Notes under the pieces: generated by a model
The model's input: only the letters and a program-made list of their open reading frames with translations
What the model was told of the DNA's origin: nothing
Database searches by the model: none
Made by a program: the position numbers and the translations under genes
In this document: piece by piece, positions 50,126 through 60,446 of the stretch
How positions within the stretch are numbered: the stretch's first letter is position 1
Layout: each line of letters begins with the position of its first letter
Origin: Alphaproteobacteria bacterium
GTDB taxonomy: Bacteria > Pseudomonadota > Alphaproteobacteria > CAAHEQ01 > UBA3637
NCBI GenBank assembly: GCA_045614025.1
Contig: JAZLCE010000021.1
Span: 887-64,886, forward strand
Reading direction: 5' to 3'
DNA length: 64,000 nucleotides

Positions 50126-50929
50126 TTATTTCCAGTAATCTAAAATCCACTTGCTCGGTAAAACATGCTTATATATTTTTTTATACCCTCGTGGATATTT
50201 TCGATCATTTGGATTTGAACACCAAATCCCATTAATAGCATCTTGAAGACCAGGATTTCCATGAAAAGCAATCATCTTCATTCCATCAACTTTTGGCATT
50301 TTAGGTGCCATAAAATACCTAAATAACGGAAAGGGCAAACAATGGAATCTAAAACTTTTAAACCAATTATCTGGCCAAAAATTTAAATGCCCCCATCTTT
50401 CAATTACTTTAGAGGACAGATATTCTTGTGAAGCAGTGAAAAACTTATCAACAACTTCTTTTGGATGATCTTCAAAATATTTTTTAATAAACCCTAATGT
50501 ACCAACAACCCATGAATAGCAACTTGCTTGTCCCACATGATGACCATTTGTATGCCAATCATCAATGATATAGAACTTATCATTTTCTGGATACTCAAAA
50601 AATTCATCTAAATTTCCAACAATAAGGGAATCTAAATCAAAAAAGAAAACGCGTTGTCCTTTTAAACCACCCAAATTATCATCACAAAGAGCTGCTTCTT
50701 TTCGGTAGGCATATTTCATTGTATATTCTTCTTCACCTTTTTTGATGTTTTCAAAAACAGGTAAAGGTCTTACAATCACATCATCACGAAGCCCTTCTGT
50801 TTTATCCGTAAAGCAATAAAAATCTATTTCATGCGAGGTATTTCGTTTCACCATAGAGCATAAATTATTTACATCTTTTGCAGTATAAAACTCACCCCAT
50901 TTAATGCATATTACATTATATTTTGCCAT
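50126..50929 (-). CDS. Putative DxD nucleotide-sugar glycosyltransferase (uncharacterised family)
   Basis: 267 aa from the ATG at 50929, with AAGGAG 7 nt upstream. MAKYNVICIKWGEFYTAKDVNNLCSMVKRN...FYCFTD and FFFDLDSLIVGNLDEFF (DxD) resemble small GT-A-fold transferases. The family was not identified. Confidence 0.45.
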   Translation of the reverse strand: MAKYNVICIKWGEFYTAKDVNNLCSMVKRNTSHEIDFYCFTDKTEGLRDDVIVRPLPVFENIKKGEEEYTMKYAYRKEAALCDDNLGGLKGQRVFFFDLDSLIVGNLDEFFEYPENDKFYIIDDWHTNGHHVGQASCYSWVVGTLGFIKKYFEDHPKEVVDKFFTASQEYLSSKVIERWGHLNFWPDNWFKSFRFHCLPFPLFRYFMAPKMPKVDGMKMIAFHGNPGLQDAINGIWCSNPNDRKYPRGYKKIYKHVLPSKWILDYWK

Positions 50930-51007
50930 AATTACTCCTTTTAAAAAGGTTAACAATACTCAAGAATTAACACCTTTTAAAACTTTTGGCAAGCATATTT
51001 TTTTGAT

Positions 51008-52681
51008 TTATATACGAACTAAATGAACTTCAATAAGAGGTTTTTTACCATAAAATTCTTTTAAGAAACGACGAACTGCTGTGCGAACTGCATTTTCTGC
51101 ACAATCGTCCCGAACAGAATCTTTCCCTAATTGTTGAACTTCTTCAACAATTTCTTTCTTTAATCGTTCTTCATCATCTGTTCCTGCTTCAATTAATCCA
51201 AAAGATGAAATTTTTGGTTTTCCTAAAACAGCGCCTTCATTATCCATAACCAAGGTCACAACCAATGTACCATCTTCAATCATTTTACGTCGTTTTCTGA
51301 TCACTTCAGCACCCAATGACAAAATCTTTTTACCATCAACTGCCAAAATACCACTTTCAACTTCACCTAAAATAACTGGTTTTTCAGATAATTCTAAAAT
51401 TTCACCATCTTCCAATGCGAAAGCATATTTTGCACCCCATTTAAGCGCTAAAGAAACATGTTCATTCAATTCTCTTGCTTCACCATGCACTGGTAAAGCA
51501 ATTCTAGGCTTAATCCATTTATACATTTGTTGCAAATCTTTACCAGAAAAATGCCCTGAAACATGAATATCAGCATCTTTATTCGTAATAATTTCAACAT
51601 CTTTTGTTTTAAACCGTTTTTGAAGAAGTGCAATTGCTTTTTCATTTCCAGGAATAATACGAGAAGAAAAAATAACAACATCTTCAGGAGCAAAGAAAAC
51701 AGTATTTTTTTGTGGCGTTAAGGCAGATAAATTACTCAAGGCAGAACGTGGTTCACCTTGCGAACCCGTGCAAATAAACAAAACAGATCCTTTGGGTTGT
51801 TCTAATGCTTCTGATTCAGATAAAAATTCTGGAACATCATCAAAATAACCACAAGCTCTTGCCGCCGCATCCATTCGCCATAAACTACGGCCCAACAAAC
51901 AAACTTGTCTATTATTCTTTTGAGCGGCATAATAAATGCTCTTCACACGGCTCACATTAGATGCAAAACAAGCTACTGCAATTTGTTTGCCATCATACTT
52001 AGCAATCAATTTTTCAAGTTCTTTACGAACATCCATTTCTGTTAATTTATTTTCACCACTAAAAACATTTGTTGAATCACAAACAAGAGCCAAGACCCCT
52101 TCTTTTCCTATTTCTTTTAAACGTTTTTCATCTGTTTTTTGATTCAAAACTGTATCAGGAATTAACTTCCAGTCTCCTGTATGTAAAACAGAACCTTTAT
52201 CTGTTCGAATACACAAGGCATTTGATTCTGGAATAGAATGGCTCATTGAAATAAATTCAATTTCAAATGGTTTTAAATCGATTAATGATCCTAAGGAACA
52301 AACTGTTACCTCTGCTCTTCCAAGCAATGAATTTTCAACTAATTTGCTTTCCAACAATTCTGCCGCAAATGGTGTTACATAAATTGGGCATTGTAAGGAA
52401 CGCCACAAATGACCAACTGCGCCTAAATGATCTTCATGTGCATGTGTAATCACTAAACCTAAAATATCTTTTTTATTTTTTTCTAAAAAAGAAACATCTG
52501 GTAATAAAACATCAACACCAGGCAATCCATCTCCAGGAAAACCAACCCCTAAATCAACAATTAACCATTTGCCTTTGTATCCATAGGCAAAGCAGTTCAT
52601 CCCAACCCCAGTTGCCCCTCCGATAGGAACAAATACAAATTTTTCTTTATCGATGACAACATCTTTTCTTTCTTCAATCAT
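51008..52681 (-). CDS. rnj: Ribonuclease J (metallo-beta-lactamase / beta-CASP)
   Basis: 557 aa. ITHAHEDHLGA, beta-CASP region and C-terminal domain. birA-rnj adjacency is typical of alphaproteobacteria. Confidence 0.9.
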   Translation of the reverse strand: MIEERKDVVIDKEKFVFVPIGGATGVGMNCFAYGYKGKWLIVDLGVGFPGDGLPGVDVLLPDVSFLEKNKKDILGLVITHAHEDHLGAVGHLWRSLQCPIYVTPFAAELLESKLVENSLLGRAEVTVCSLGSLIDLKPFEIEFISMSHSIPESNALCIRTDKGSVLHTGDWKLIPDTVLNQKTDEKRLKEIGKEGVLALVCDSTNVFSGENKLTEMDVRKELEKLIAKYDGKQIAVACFASNVSRVKSIYYAAQKNNRQVCLLGRSLWRMDAAARACGYFDDVPEFLSESEALEQPKGSVLFICTGSQGEPRSALSNLSALTPQKNTVFFAPEDVVIFSSRIIPGNEKAIALLQKRFKTKDVEIITNKDADIHVSGHFSGKDLQQMYKWIKPRIALPVHGEARELNEHVSLALKWGAKYAFALEDGEILELSEKPVILGEVESGILAVDGKKILSLGAEVIRKRRKMIEDGTLVVTLVMDNEGAVLGKPKISSFGLIEAGTDDEERLKKEIVEEVQQLGKDSVRDDCAENAVRTAVRRFLKEFYGKKPLIEVHLVRI

Positions 52682-53363
52682 TTATTTTTCTTTCATCTAT
52701 AAAAAACACATCACCTGCCGTTATAAAACGACAATGCAAATCTTTTGTTTTGATTTGAACGGCACCCTCATCCGTTAAACCCATAAATTCTCCCTTTATT
52801 TCTTCATTCGGCAAGCGAATGACAATTTCTTTCCCAACCCCTTTTGAATAGGCTAACCATTTCTCTTTAATTTTTTGAAATCCTTCTGTTTCAAAAAGAC
52901 GAATATTTTCATCTAAAGAATTTAAAATATTTTGCAAAAGTTCATCATTTTTGATTTTTCCAAACAAAGAAGTTGTTGGATATAAAACTTCTTCAATTGG
53001 GGCTTGTTTTGTATTAATACCCACACCTGCAATAACTTTATCCCCAAGATTTTCAAGCAAAATACCTGATATTTTTTTACCCTCAAGTAACACATCATTT
53101 GGCCATTTAAGCATAACATCAAACTCTTTTAAACATTCTGCCACACTTAATGATAAAACAAATGAGAGCAAAGGTGTTTGCATTCCATAATTTTTAAGAA
53201 CAAGTGAAAAAAACAAATTTCCTGTTAAAGAAATCCACTTACGCCCCATGCGACCACGTGCTTTTGTTTGTTCTTTTGCAACAACACAGGTGTTAAGCGG
53301 CAACGAAGCTGCCACATCATTTGTGCTTTCAACTTTATCAAAAAAAATCAAATTCCATTTCAT
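52674..53363 (-). CDS. birA: Biotin--[acetyl-CoA-carboxylase] ligase (no N-terminal HTH domain)
   Basis: 229 aa. QTKARGRMGRKW (GRGRxGRxW motif), GVGIN. Overlaps the rnj start by 8 nt. Confidence 0.88.
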   Translation of the reverse strand: MKWNLIFFDKVESTNDVAASLPLNTCVVAKEQTKARGRMGRKWISLTGNLFFSLVLKNYGMQTPLLSFVLSLSVAECLKEFDVMLKWPNDVLLEGKKISGILLENLGDKVIAGVGINTKQAPIEEVLYPTTSLFGKIKNDELLQNILNSLDENIRLFETEGFQKIKEKWLAYSKGVGKEIVIRLPNEEIKGEFMGLTDEGAVQIKTKDLHCRFITAGDVFFIDERKIND

Positions 53364-53480
53364 TTAAAAGGGGTTATATCATAAAATAAAAAAAAAATAA
53401 AGAAAAACATTGATTTTATTTTTTTTTCGTTCAAAAATAGACCAAAATTAACAAAAATAAAGTAAAAATGAGTTAAAAAA

Positions 53481-53876
53481 ATGACAAAAGAAGAACTTTT
53501 AGAAAATTTTTCATATCTCAGTGATTGGGAAGAAAAATATGCTTATTTAATTGATCTTGGAAACACCCTTCCTCCATTTAGCGAACAAGATAAAACCGAT
53601 AAAAATAAAGTTGATGGTTGCATGTCTCAAGTTTGGTTCACTCATGAAAAAAAAGATGGATTAAACTACTTTAATGCAACAAGTGATGCCATTATAGTTA
53701 AGGGACTGGAAGCCATCTTAATATCCCTTATCAACGAAAAAACAGATGAAGAAATTTTAAATTTAAACATCCTTCAAATTTTTGAAGAATTGGGTTTAAA
53801 AGATCATCTTTCCCCCACTAGAAGAAATGGCTTTTTTTCTATGGTTGATAGAATTTTTTCACTTATAAAAAAATAA
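53481..53876 (+). CDS. sufE: Cysteine desulfuration protein SufE
   Basis: 131 aa with the active-site region KVDGCMSQVW. Confidence 0.88.
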   Translation: MTKEELLENFSYLSDWEEKYAYLIDLGNTLPPFSEQDKTDKNKVDGCMSQVWFTHEKKDGLNYFNATSDAIIVKGLEAILISLINEKTDEEILNLNILQIFEELGLKDHLSPTRRNGFFSMVDRIFSLIKK

Positions 53877-53895
53877 GAAAAAAGCACCCTTTCAC

Positions 53896-53924
53896 TTGAC
53901 CATTCGAGCAAAATATGTTATCCT
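53896..53924 (+). promoter_or_regulatory. Candidate sigma70 promoter for dnaX
   Basis: TTGACC (53896-53901), a 17-nt spacer ending in TGt, then TATCCT (53919-53924), 27 nt upstream of the ATG. AAGGA RBS. Confidence 0.4.
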
Positions 53925-53951
53925 CACCTAAAAGTTTGATAAGGAACAAAA

Positions 53952-55625
53952 ATGAAAAATTCGTCACATGTTTTAGCCAGAAAATACAGACCTCAAGTTT
54001 TTGATGATTTAGTTGGTCAAGAAGCACTTGTTCAAACCTTTAAAAATGCCATTGAGCACAATAGATTAGCCCATGCATATATGTTAACTGGAATTCGTGG
54101 TGTTGGAAAAACAAGTTCTGCGCGTATTATTGCCAAAGGATTAAACTGCATTGGCGAAGATGGCAATGGAAATATGACTGCAAACCCTTGTGGCAAATGC
54201 AAACATTGCATGGAAATCGCTTCAGATTCGCACATTGATGTTATTGAAATTGACGCAGCTAGCAACACAGGTGTGGATAACATCAGAGAAATCATTGAAA
54301 GCGCAAAATATAATCCTGTTTCTGCTAGATTTAAAATTTATATCATTGACGAAGTTCATATGCTTTCAAAAGCAGCTTTTAACGCTCTTTTAAAAACCCT
54401 GGAAGAACCACCAGAACGCATCAAGTTTATTTTAGCAACCACTGAAATTAGAAAAGTTCCTATCACTATTTTATCTCGTTGTCAGCGTTTTGATTTAAAA
54501 CGTTTAGATGAAGAGTTATTAACAAAACATCTTCAAAAAATTGCTCAAAATGAAAATATTGAAGCAGAAGAAGAAGCATTAAGATTAATTGCTAGAGCCG
54601 GAGATGGATCTTGCCGCGATTCCCTATCTCTTTTAGACCAGGCTATGACGCAATTTAACTACAAATTGCAAGCAAATGAAATCCGTCAAATGCTCGGCGT
54701 TACAGATCGAACCATTTTATTTGATTTATATCAAGCCATTATGAAAGGGGATGTCAAATCAGCTCTTTCATACTTAGAAGAACAACACTCTTCTGGATCA
54801 GATCCATTAATGACAGCGCAAGATTTACTTTCTTTAACACATTGGTTAACAAGAATCAAAATCGTTCCCGATCTAATCAATGACAAAACAATTCCCGAAG
54901 CTGAACGAACCAGAGGAAAAGAAATGGCAAACTCTTTGTCAATGGCTTCATTAACAAGTGCTTGGCAAATTTTATTAAAAGGATTAACAGAAATCAAAAT
55001 CGCAGATAATCCAGCCATGGCCTTAGAAATGATTTTAATTCGTTTAGCATTTTTAAGCGAATTACCTTCTTTAAATAATTTAATTTCAGACATAAAAAAA
55101 AACACTATAGTAGCTAATCAAACAACACAACCTATAGTAAAAAACACCCCATCAGAACCAACGAGAGAACCTATTTCTATAAAAAACACACCTCAAAAAG
55201 AAACTGATGCAGAAACAGAAACCATTGTTATTAAAACCTTAGAGGATATTTCAAATCTTGCAAAAAAACACAAAGAACGCCTTTTAGCATTTAATATCGA
55301 AAGTTATATCCGCCCTATTAGCATTGAACCGGGCAAATTAATTTGCTCTTTTACAAAAGATGCCCCAAGAGGATTCAGTGCTGAACTTGCCAAATTTTTA
55401 ACTTTAAAAACAAAAACACAATGGGAAATTTTAATCAAACAGGATTCCTCTTCCCAAACATTGAAAGAAAACAAAGCTGAAAAAGATGGGCTTATTCTAG
55501 ATGAACTTAAAAAATTTGAACCACTTAAAAGTCTTTTAACTGTTTTCCCCAAAGCAACCATTGGTAGAGTAAAAGAGCCCCTTGATGCACAACAAGAGGA
55601 CTCTGATTTAAATGATCAAATTTAA
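53952..55625 (+). CDS. dnaX: DNA polymerase III subunit tau (gamma/tau)
   Basis: 557 aa. GIRGVGKTSSARI, zinc module CGKCKHC, IIDEVHMLS, SRCQRF. Confidence 0.93.
   Translation: MKNSSHVLARKYRPQVFDDLVGQEALVQTFKNAIEHNRLAHAYMLTGIRGVGKTSSARIIAKGLNCIGEDGNGNMTANPCGKCKHCMEIASDSHIDVIEIDAASNTGVDNIREIIESAKYNPVSARFKIYIIDEVHMLSKAAFNALLKTLEEPPERIKFILATTEIRKVPITILSRCQRFDLKRLDEELLTKHLQKIAQNENIEAEEEALRLIARAGDGSCRDSLSLLDQAMTQFNYKLQANEIRQMLGVTDRTILFDLYQAIMKGDVKSALSYLEEQHSSGSDPLMTAQDLLSLTHWLTRIKIVPDLINDKTIPEAERTRGKEMANSLSMASLTSAWQILLKGLTEIKIADNPAMALEMILIRLAFLSELPSLNNLISDIKKNTIVANQTTQPIVKNTPSEPTREPISIKNTPQKETDAETETIVIKTLEDISNLAKKHKERLLAFNIESYIRPISIEPGKLICSFTKDAPRGFSAELAKFLTLKTKTQWEILIKQDSSSQTLKENKAEKDGLILDELKKFEPLKSLLTVFPKATIGRVKEPLDAQQEDSDLNDQI
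55094..55102 (+). other. A9 homopolymer inside dnaX (candidate slippage site)
   Basis: ata-aaa-aaa-aac at codons 381-384 of 557. The -1 frame stops after 5 codons (taa at 55115-55117) and the +1 frame after 2 codons (tag at 55108-55110). Confidence 0.3.
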
Positions 55626-55650
55626 AAGTTTTATATTTTTAGATTAAAAC

Positions 55651-56022
55651 TTATTTTTTAAAATAAGGGGCCATTTTGGTAAACTCTTCGGCAAGCTCAT
55701 CTGCCCATCCCATAAAATGATTATCTTTTACAATAAATAACGGGGTAGCAATTTGCGTTCCCAAATTATATTGTTTTACTGCTTTTAAGAGTTTTTGATG
55801 TCCCTCTTCTTTTGAAACATCAATCATCTCAACACGAACAGATGAAAGATTATTATTGAAAAAATCGATAGCATGATGACAATGTGAGCACCCTGGTTGC
55901 CAAAATAAATAGATTGTATCGTCACGAAACTCTTTTTTTTGACAAGCAGATACACCTAACAAACAAAAAACAACCGCAATTAAACAAACAACTTTTTTTA
56001 ACATCCCAAGTCCTTTTAACAT
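55651..56022 (-). CDS. Thioredoxin-fold (glutaredoxin-like) lipoprotein with CxxC
   Basis: 123 aa. AAAGGAG Shine-Dalgarno before the first ATG. Signal peptide with lipobox LLGVSAC. WQPGCSHCHH redox motif. Confidence 0.65.
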   Translation of the reverse strand: MLKGLGMLKKVVCLIAVVFCLLGVSACQKKEFRDDTIYLFWQPGCSHCHHAIDFFNNNLSSVRVEMIDVSKEEGHQKLLKAVKQYNLGTQIATPLFIVKDNHFMGWADELAEEFTKMAPYFKK

Positions 56023-56095
56023 AACTTACTCCTTTTTGTTGCAATTTTTTTCTTTTACTAACATAAATATTAAAAATTGACAACTTTTTTATTAA

Positions 56096-57180
<1,085 letters not shown>

Positions 57181-57181
<1 letters not shown>

Positions 57182-57705
57182 TGCCTCAGGCAAAGAAAAA
57201 AACATCCATTAGCTCAACACAAGCAGCTGCTAAAAAACAAGCTCAAAAAAATGAAGAACGCTTAACAACAAGTGAAATTAAAAAAACACCAGCAAAAAGA
57301 AAAGCTTGTTCAAAAAAGAAAACAACAAAAGCAAAAAAAGCCGTATTACCAACAGCTCCTGGGGCTCTTTCAAAAGAGCAAGTTAAAGAATTAATTGCCT
57401 TTGTTGAACAAAAATTAGATGATGGAAAAGCAGAAAACATTGTTACCATTGATTTAAAAGGAAAAAGTTCTTTTACAGATTTTATTATCATTGCAAATGG
57501 AACTTCTGGCCGTCATTTAAACGGTTTAGCCAATAATTTAATTCAAGACATTAAAAAAGCTGGTTATAGAGCCCGTATTTCTGGGGATAATTCAGATACT
57601 GGATGGATTGTTATCGATTTAATTGATGTTATGATTCACTTGTTTACTGGTGAAATGCGCGATTTCTATGATTTAGAAGGCATGTGGAAAGATCAGTTAA
57701 AATAA
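57181..57705 (+). CDS. rsfS: Ribosomal silencing factor RsfS (iojap) with Lys-rich N-terminal extension
   Basis: 174 aa. The ATG overlaps the obg stop (TAATG). Core DLKGKSSFTDFIIIANGTSGRH ... WIVIDLIDVMIHLF. The first ~60 aa are Lys/Ala/Thr-rich. Confidence 0.85.
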
Positions 57706-57721
57706 AAAACAGGGGGTTTTA

Positions 57722-58378
57722 ATGATAAAAAAAATCGGCTTTTTTTTATGTTTAACCATATTTGTTTTTTGTATAGGAGCAAAACAAGTATCGGCAACAC
57801 AACCCCTTCCTAAAGAATTTGAAGAAATTTATGAGGAAATTTTAAAAGATCCATCTTATGCTTCAATGGGCAATCCTAAAGGGAAATATGTTATCATTGA
57901 TTTTTTTGACTATCGTTGTGATTTTTGCAAACAACTTCATATAGATCTTTACAAACTTGTTCATTCGAAACAAGGCAAAAATATCCGTTGGATTTCCATT
58001 GAAGCCCCTGTTTTTGGTTATAAGTATAACTATATTTCCGATATTATTTTAGCAACCAGAAAACATGGGGTATATAATGAAATGTTTGAAAGAGTTGCAC
58101 AAAAAGGAAACGTATATCAAAATGAGGCATACAACATCTTTAAAGAATTAGGTGGAAATGAAGCTCAACTCAAAGAAGATGTTAAAAACTCTGAATTTAG
58201 GCCTATATATAAAAAGCATTTTAACATATATCGTTTGTTTAATACAACCGCCGTACCTGTTATCATTATCAATAAAAAATATCAAATTGGTGGATTAAAA
58301 GAGGGCCAATTAGATGAGATTATCAAAGAAGCTAAACCCATGCACTTTTGGGAAACACTTTTTCTTAGATTTTTTTAG
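57722..58378 (+). CDS. DsbA-family periplasmic thiol:disulfide oxidoreductase
   Basis: 218 aa. Signal peptide, FFDYRCDFCKQL CxxC motif, cis-Pro region TTAVPVIII. Confidence 0.75.
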   Translation: MIKKIGFFLCLTIFVFCIGAKQVSATQPLPKEFEEIYEEILKDPSYASMGNPKGKYVIIDFFDYRCDFCKQLHIDLYKLVHSKQGKNIRWISIEAPVFGYKYNYISDIILATRKHGVYNEMFERVAQKGNVYQNEAYNIFKELGGNEAQLKEDVKNSEFRPIYKKHFNIYRLFNTTAVPVIIINKKYQIGGLKEGQLDEIIKEAKPMHFWETLFLRFF

Positions 58379-59597
58379 TTTCTAATATATTTAAGATATA
58401 TGTATCAGCTTTTGCTTTAAAGCTATTATCTTTTCGAGCCTTATCAAAATCAGGCATTCGAATTAAATTAATTTTCTTTACTTCATCAAAAAGACGTAAA
58501 CTTCTAATCTCAGCATCTCCTAAATTATCAAATTCTTCTTTATCAAGCAATTTTCCACGGCCATATATATCTGCTTTACAAACTAAAAAAAGATTTTCTA
58601 AACTTTCTTTTCGTTTAAAACCACGACTCACTTTTGAAACAAAGCAATACAAATCTATTAACGGCATTGTTGCTGCTTTTCGAGCCACCATATGATATTC
58701 GCAGCCCAATAATGCCATCATTTCATATTTTTTAGGCACTTTTAACCGTGAACAAATATCTTTAATTAAAGAAACGCCGTTTGTATCATGACCATAATGA
58801 CTTGGCAAAATAATTTGAGGCGTTAAAATTTTTCCGACATCATGCATCAAAACTGCAAATTTAACAATAGATTTATATGTTTTTGCTTCCTTTAATGCCA
58901 ATAAAACATGTTCCCCCGTGTTTTTTTCTGGATGAAACTCTTCTTTTTCAGGAATACTAAACAGCTGATCAATTTCAGGTAAAACTTCTTTTAACGCACC
59001 ACATTCTTTCATTTTTAAAACAAACACATCAAAACTATCTGTGTTTAAAGCTTTTTCAATTTCGTTAAAAATTCTCTCTTTACTTAAATATGAAAGAGAT
59101 CCGGCTTGAACCATTTGTTTTGCCAATTCCATGGTCTCAGCATCAATTTCAAAATGAAGTTGCGCAGCAAATCGACACATTCTTAAAACTCGTAATGGAT
59201 CTTCTTTAAAATGATCGGCATGAATATGACGAATGCGTTTTTCTTCAATATCCTTTTTACCACCTACATAATCAATAATTTCGCCAGTTTCTTCATCAAA
59301 TGCCAGTGCATTCATGGTAAAATCTCTGCGCAAAACATCTTCTTCTAAAGTAACTGTCTTATCAAAGATAAATTCAAAATCTGTATGCTTGTTCCCCGTT
59401 TTAATTTCTTTTCGCGCCAAAGCATATTCAGCTTTTGTTTTAGGATGCAAAAAAACAGGGAAGTTCTTCCCAACTGACAAAAAACCTTTATCAATTAAAT
59501 CTTGCGGTGTTCCACCAACAACAACATAATCAAAATCTGAGGCTTCTTTTTCTAACAACCGATCTCTAACAACACCGCCAATCTGATATATCTTCAT
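58365..59597 (-). CDS. cca: CCA-adding enzyme (tRNA nucleotidyltransferase with HD domain)
   Basis: 410 aa. GGVVRD, DFDYVV, RRDFTMNA, HD domain LMHDVGK. Confidence 0.88.
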   Translation of the reverse strand: MKIYQIGGVVRDRLLEKEASDFDYVVVGGTPQDLIDKGFLSVGKNFPVFLHPKTKAEYALARKEIKTGNKHTDFEFIFDKTVTLEEDVLRRDFTMNALAFDEETGEIIDYVGGKKDIEEKRIRHIHADHFKEDPLRVLRMCRFAAQLHFEIDAETMELAKQMVQAGSLSYLSKERIFNEIEKALNTDSFDVFVLKMKECGALKEVLPEIDQLFSIPEKEEFHPEKNTGEHVLLALKEAKTYKSIVKFAVLMHDVGKILTPQIILPSHYGHDTNGVSLIKDICSRLKVPKKYEMMALLGCEYHMVARKAATMPLIDLYCFVSKVSRGFKRKESLENLFLVCKADIYGRGKLLDKEEFDNLGDAEIRSLRLFDEVKKINLIRMPDFDKARKDNSFKAKADTYILNILETKKI

Positions 59598-59685
59598 CTT
59601 AACTTAAATCCCATTAAAAACATTTTTAAAGCTTTTAACAGTATTTCTTCAAAATTTCAACACTTCAGACTATTTTTTTTTAGAT

Positions 59686-60339
59686 TTATTCAGATTCTTT
59701 TAAAAATTTCTCAACATAGGGCATAATATTTTGAACAATTAATCCAATTCCTTGAATATTTGGATGCACTTTATCTGATAATGTGTATTTTGAAATTGGC
59801 AATCCATTTTCAAGTTGAACAAGCCCTTTCATAAAAAAAGGATATAAAATTAAATTATATTTTAAAGCTAAATTTTCATACATTTTATCAAAATTTTTTT
59901 GATATATAATCCCTGCATATGGCGGAGCCTTCATTCCCGCCAACAAAACAAAAATCCCTCGTTGTTGACATATTTCAATAATTCTAGATAAATTTTTCTC
60001 AATAAATAAAACTGAATTTCCTTGAAAAACATCATTAATCCCTAATTCTAACAAAACTCCGTTTGGTTTCACCTTATTTAACACGCTATTTAAACGCAAT
60101 AAAGCACCAGAAGTTGTTTCTCCAGATTTACTTTGGTTCATAACAATTACATTCGTATATCCTTTTTTATGCAATTCAATTTGCAATAAAGAGGCAAATG
60201 ATTTTTTTTCACCGACCCCATATCCTGCACTTAAACTATCCCCGAAAACAAGAAGTCGATAAGGATCAGCAGCAAATAAAACTCTTGAATATGCACATAA
60301 ACATAAAAACAGAACAACAAATAATAATTTTTTCATCAT
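59686..60339 (-). CDS. SGNH/GDSL hydrolase (TesA-like arylesterase/lysophospholipase), secreted
   Basis: 217 aa. AAGGAGG Shine-Dalgarno, signal peptide, block I FGDSLSAGYG, block III GINDV, block V DKVHPN. Confidence 0.82.
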   Translation of the reverse strand: MMKKLLFVVLFLCLCAYSRVLFAADPYRLLVFGDSLSAGYGVGEKKSFASLLQIELHKKGYTNVIVMNQSKSGETTSGALLRLNSVLNKVKPNGVLLELGINDVFQGNSVLFIEKNLSRIIEICQQRGIFVLLAGMKAPPYAGIIYQKNFDKMYENLALKYNLILYPFFMKGLVQLENGLPISKYTLSDKVHPNIQGIGLIVQNIMPYVEKFLKESE

Positions 60340-60404
60340 TAAACCTCCTTATTTTATTATAGGTCAAAAAAATCTTATTTCTACCATTCATCTTAAATTA
60401 AAGT

Positions 60405-60441
60405 ATAAAAAAAAGAGCTTTAAAAAAAGCTCTTTTTTTTG
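60405..60441. terminator. Rho-independent terminator after the metallophosphoesterase gene
   Basis: AAAAAAAAGAGCTTT-aaaa-AAAGCTCTTTTTTTT hairpin, 6 nt after the stop at 60447. Confidence 0.6.
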
Positions 60442-60446
60442 TTTTA

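Noticed and set aside
53877-53951. SRP (4.5S) RNA gene, which often lies just upstream of dnaX
   Set aside because: The spacer is only 75 nt and is occupied by a plausible promoter and RBS. No conserved SRP domain IV-like sequence is visible.
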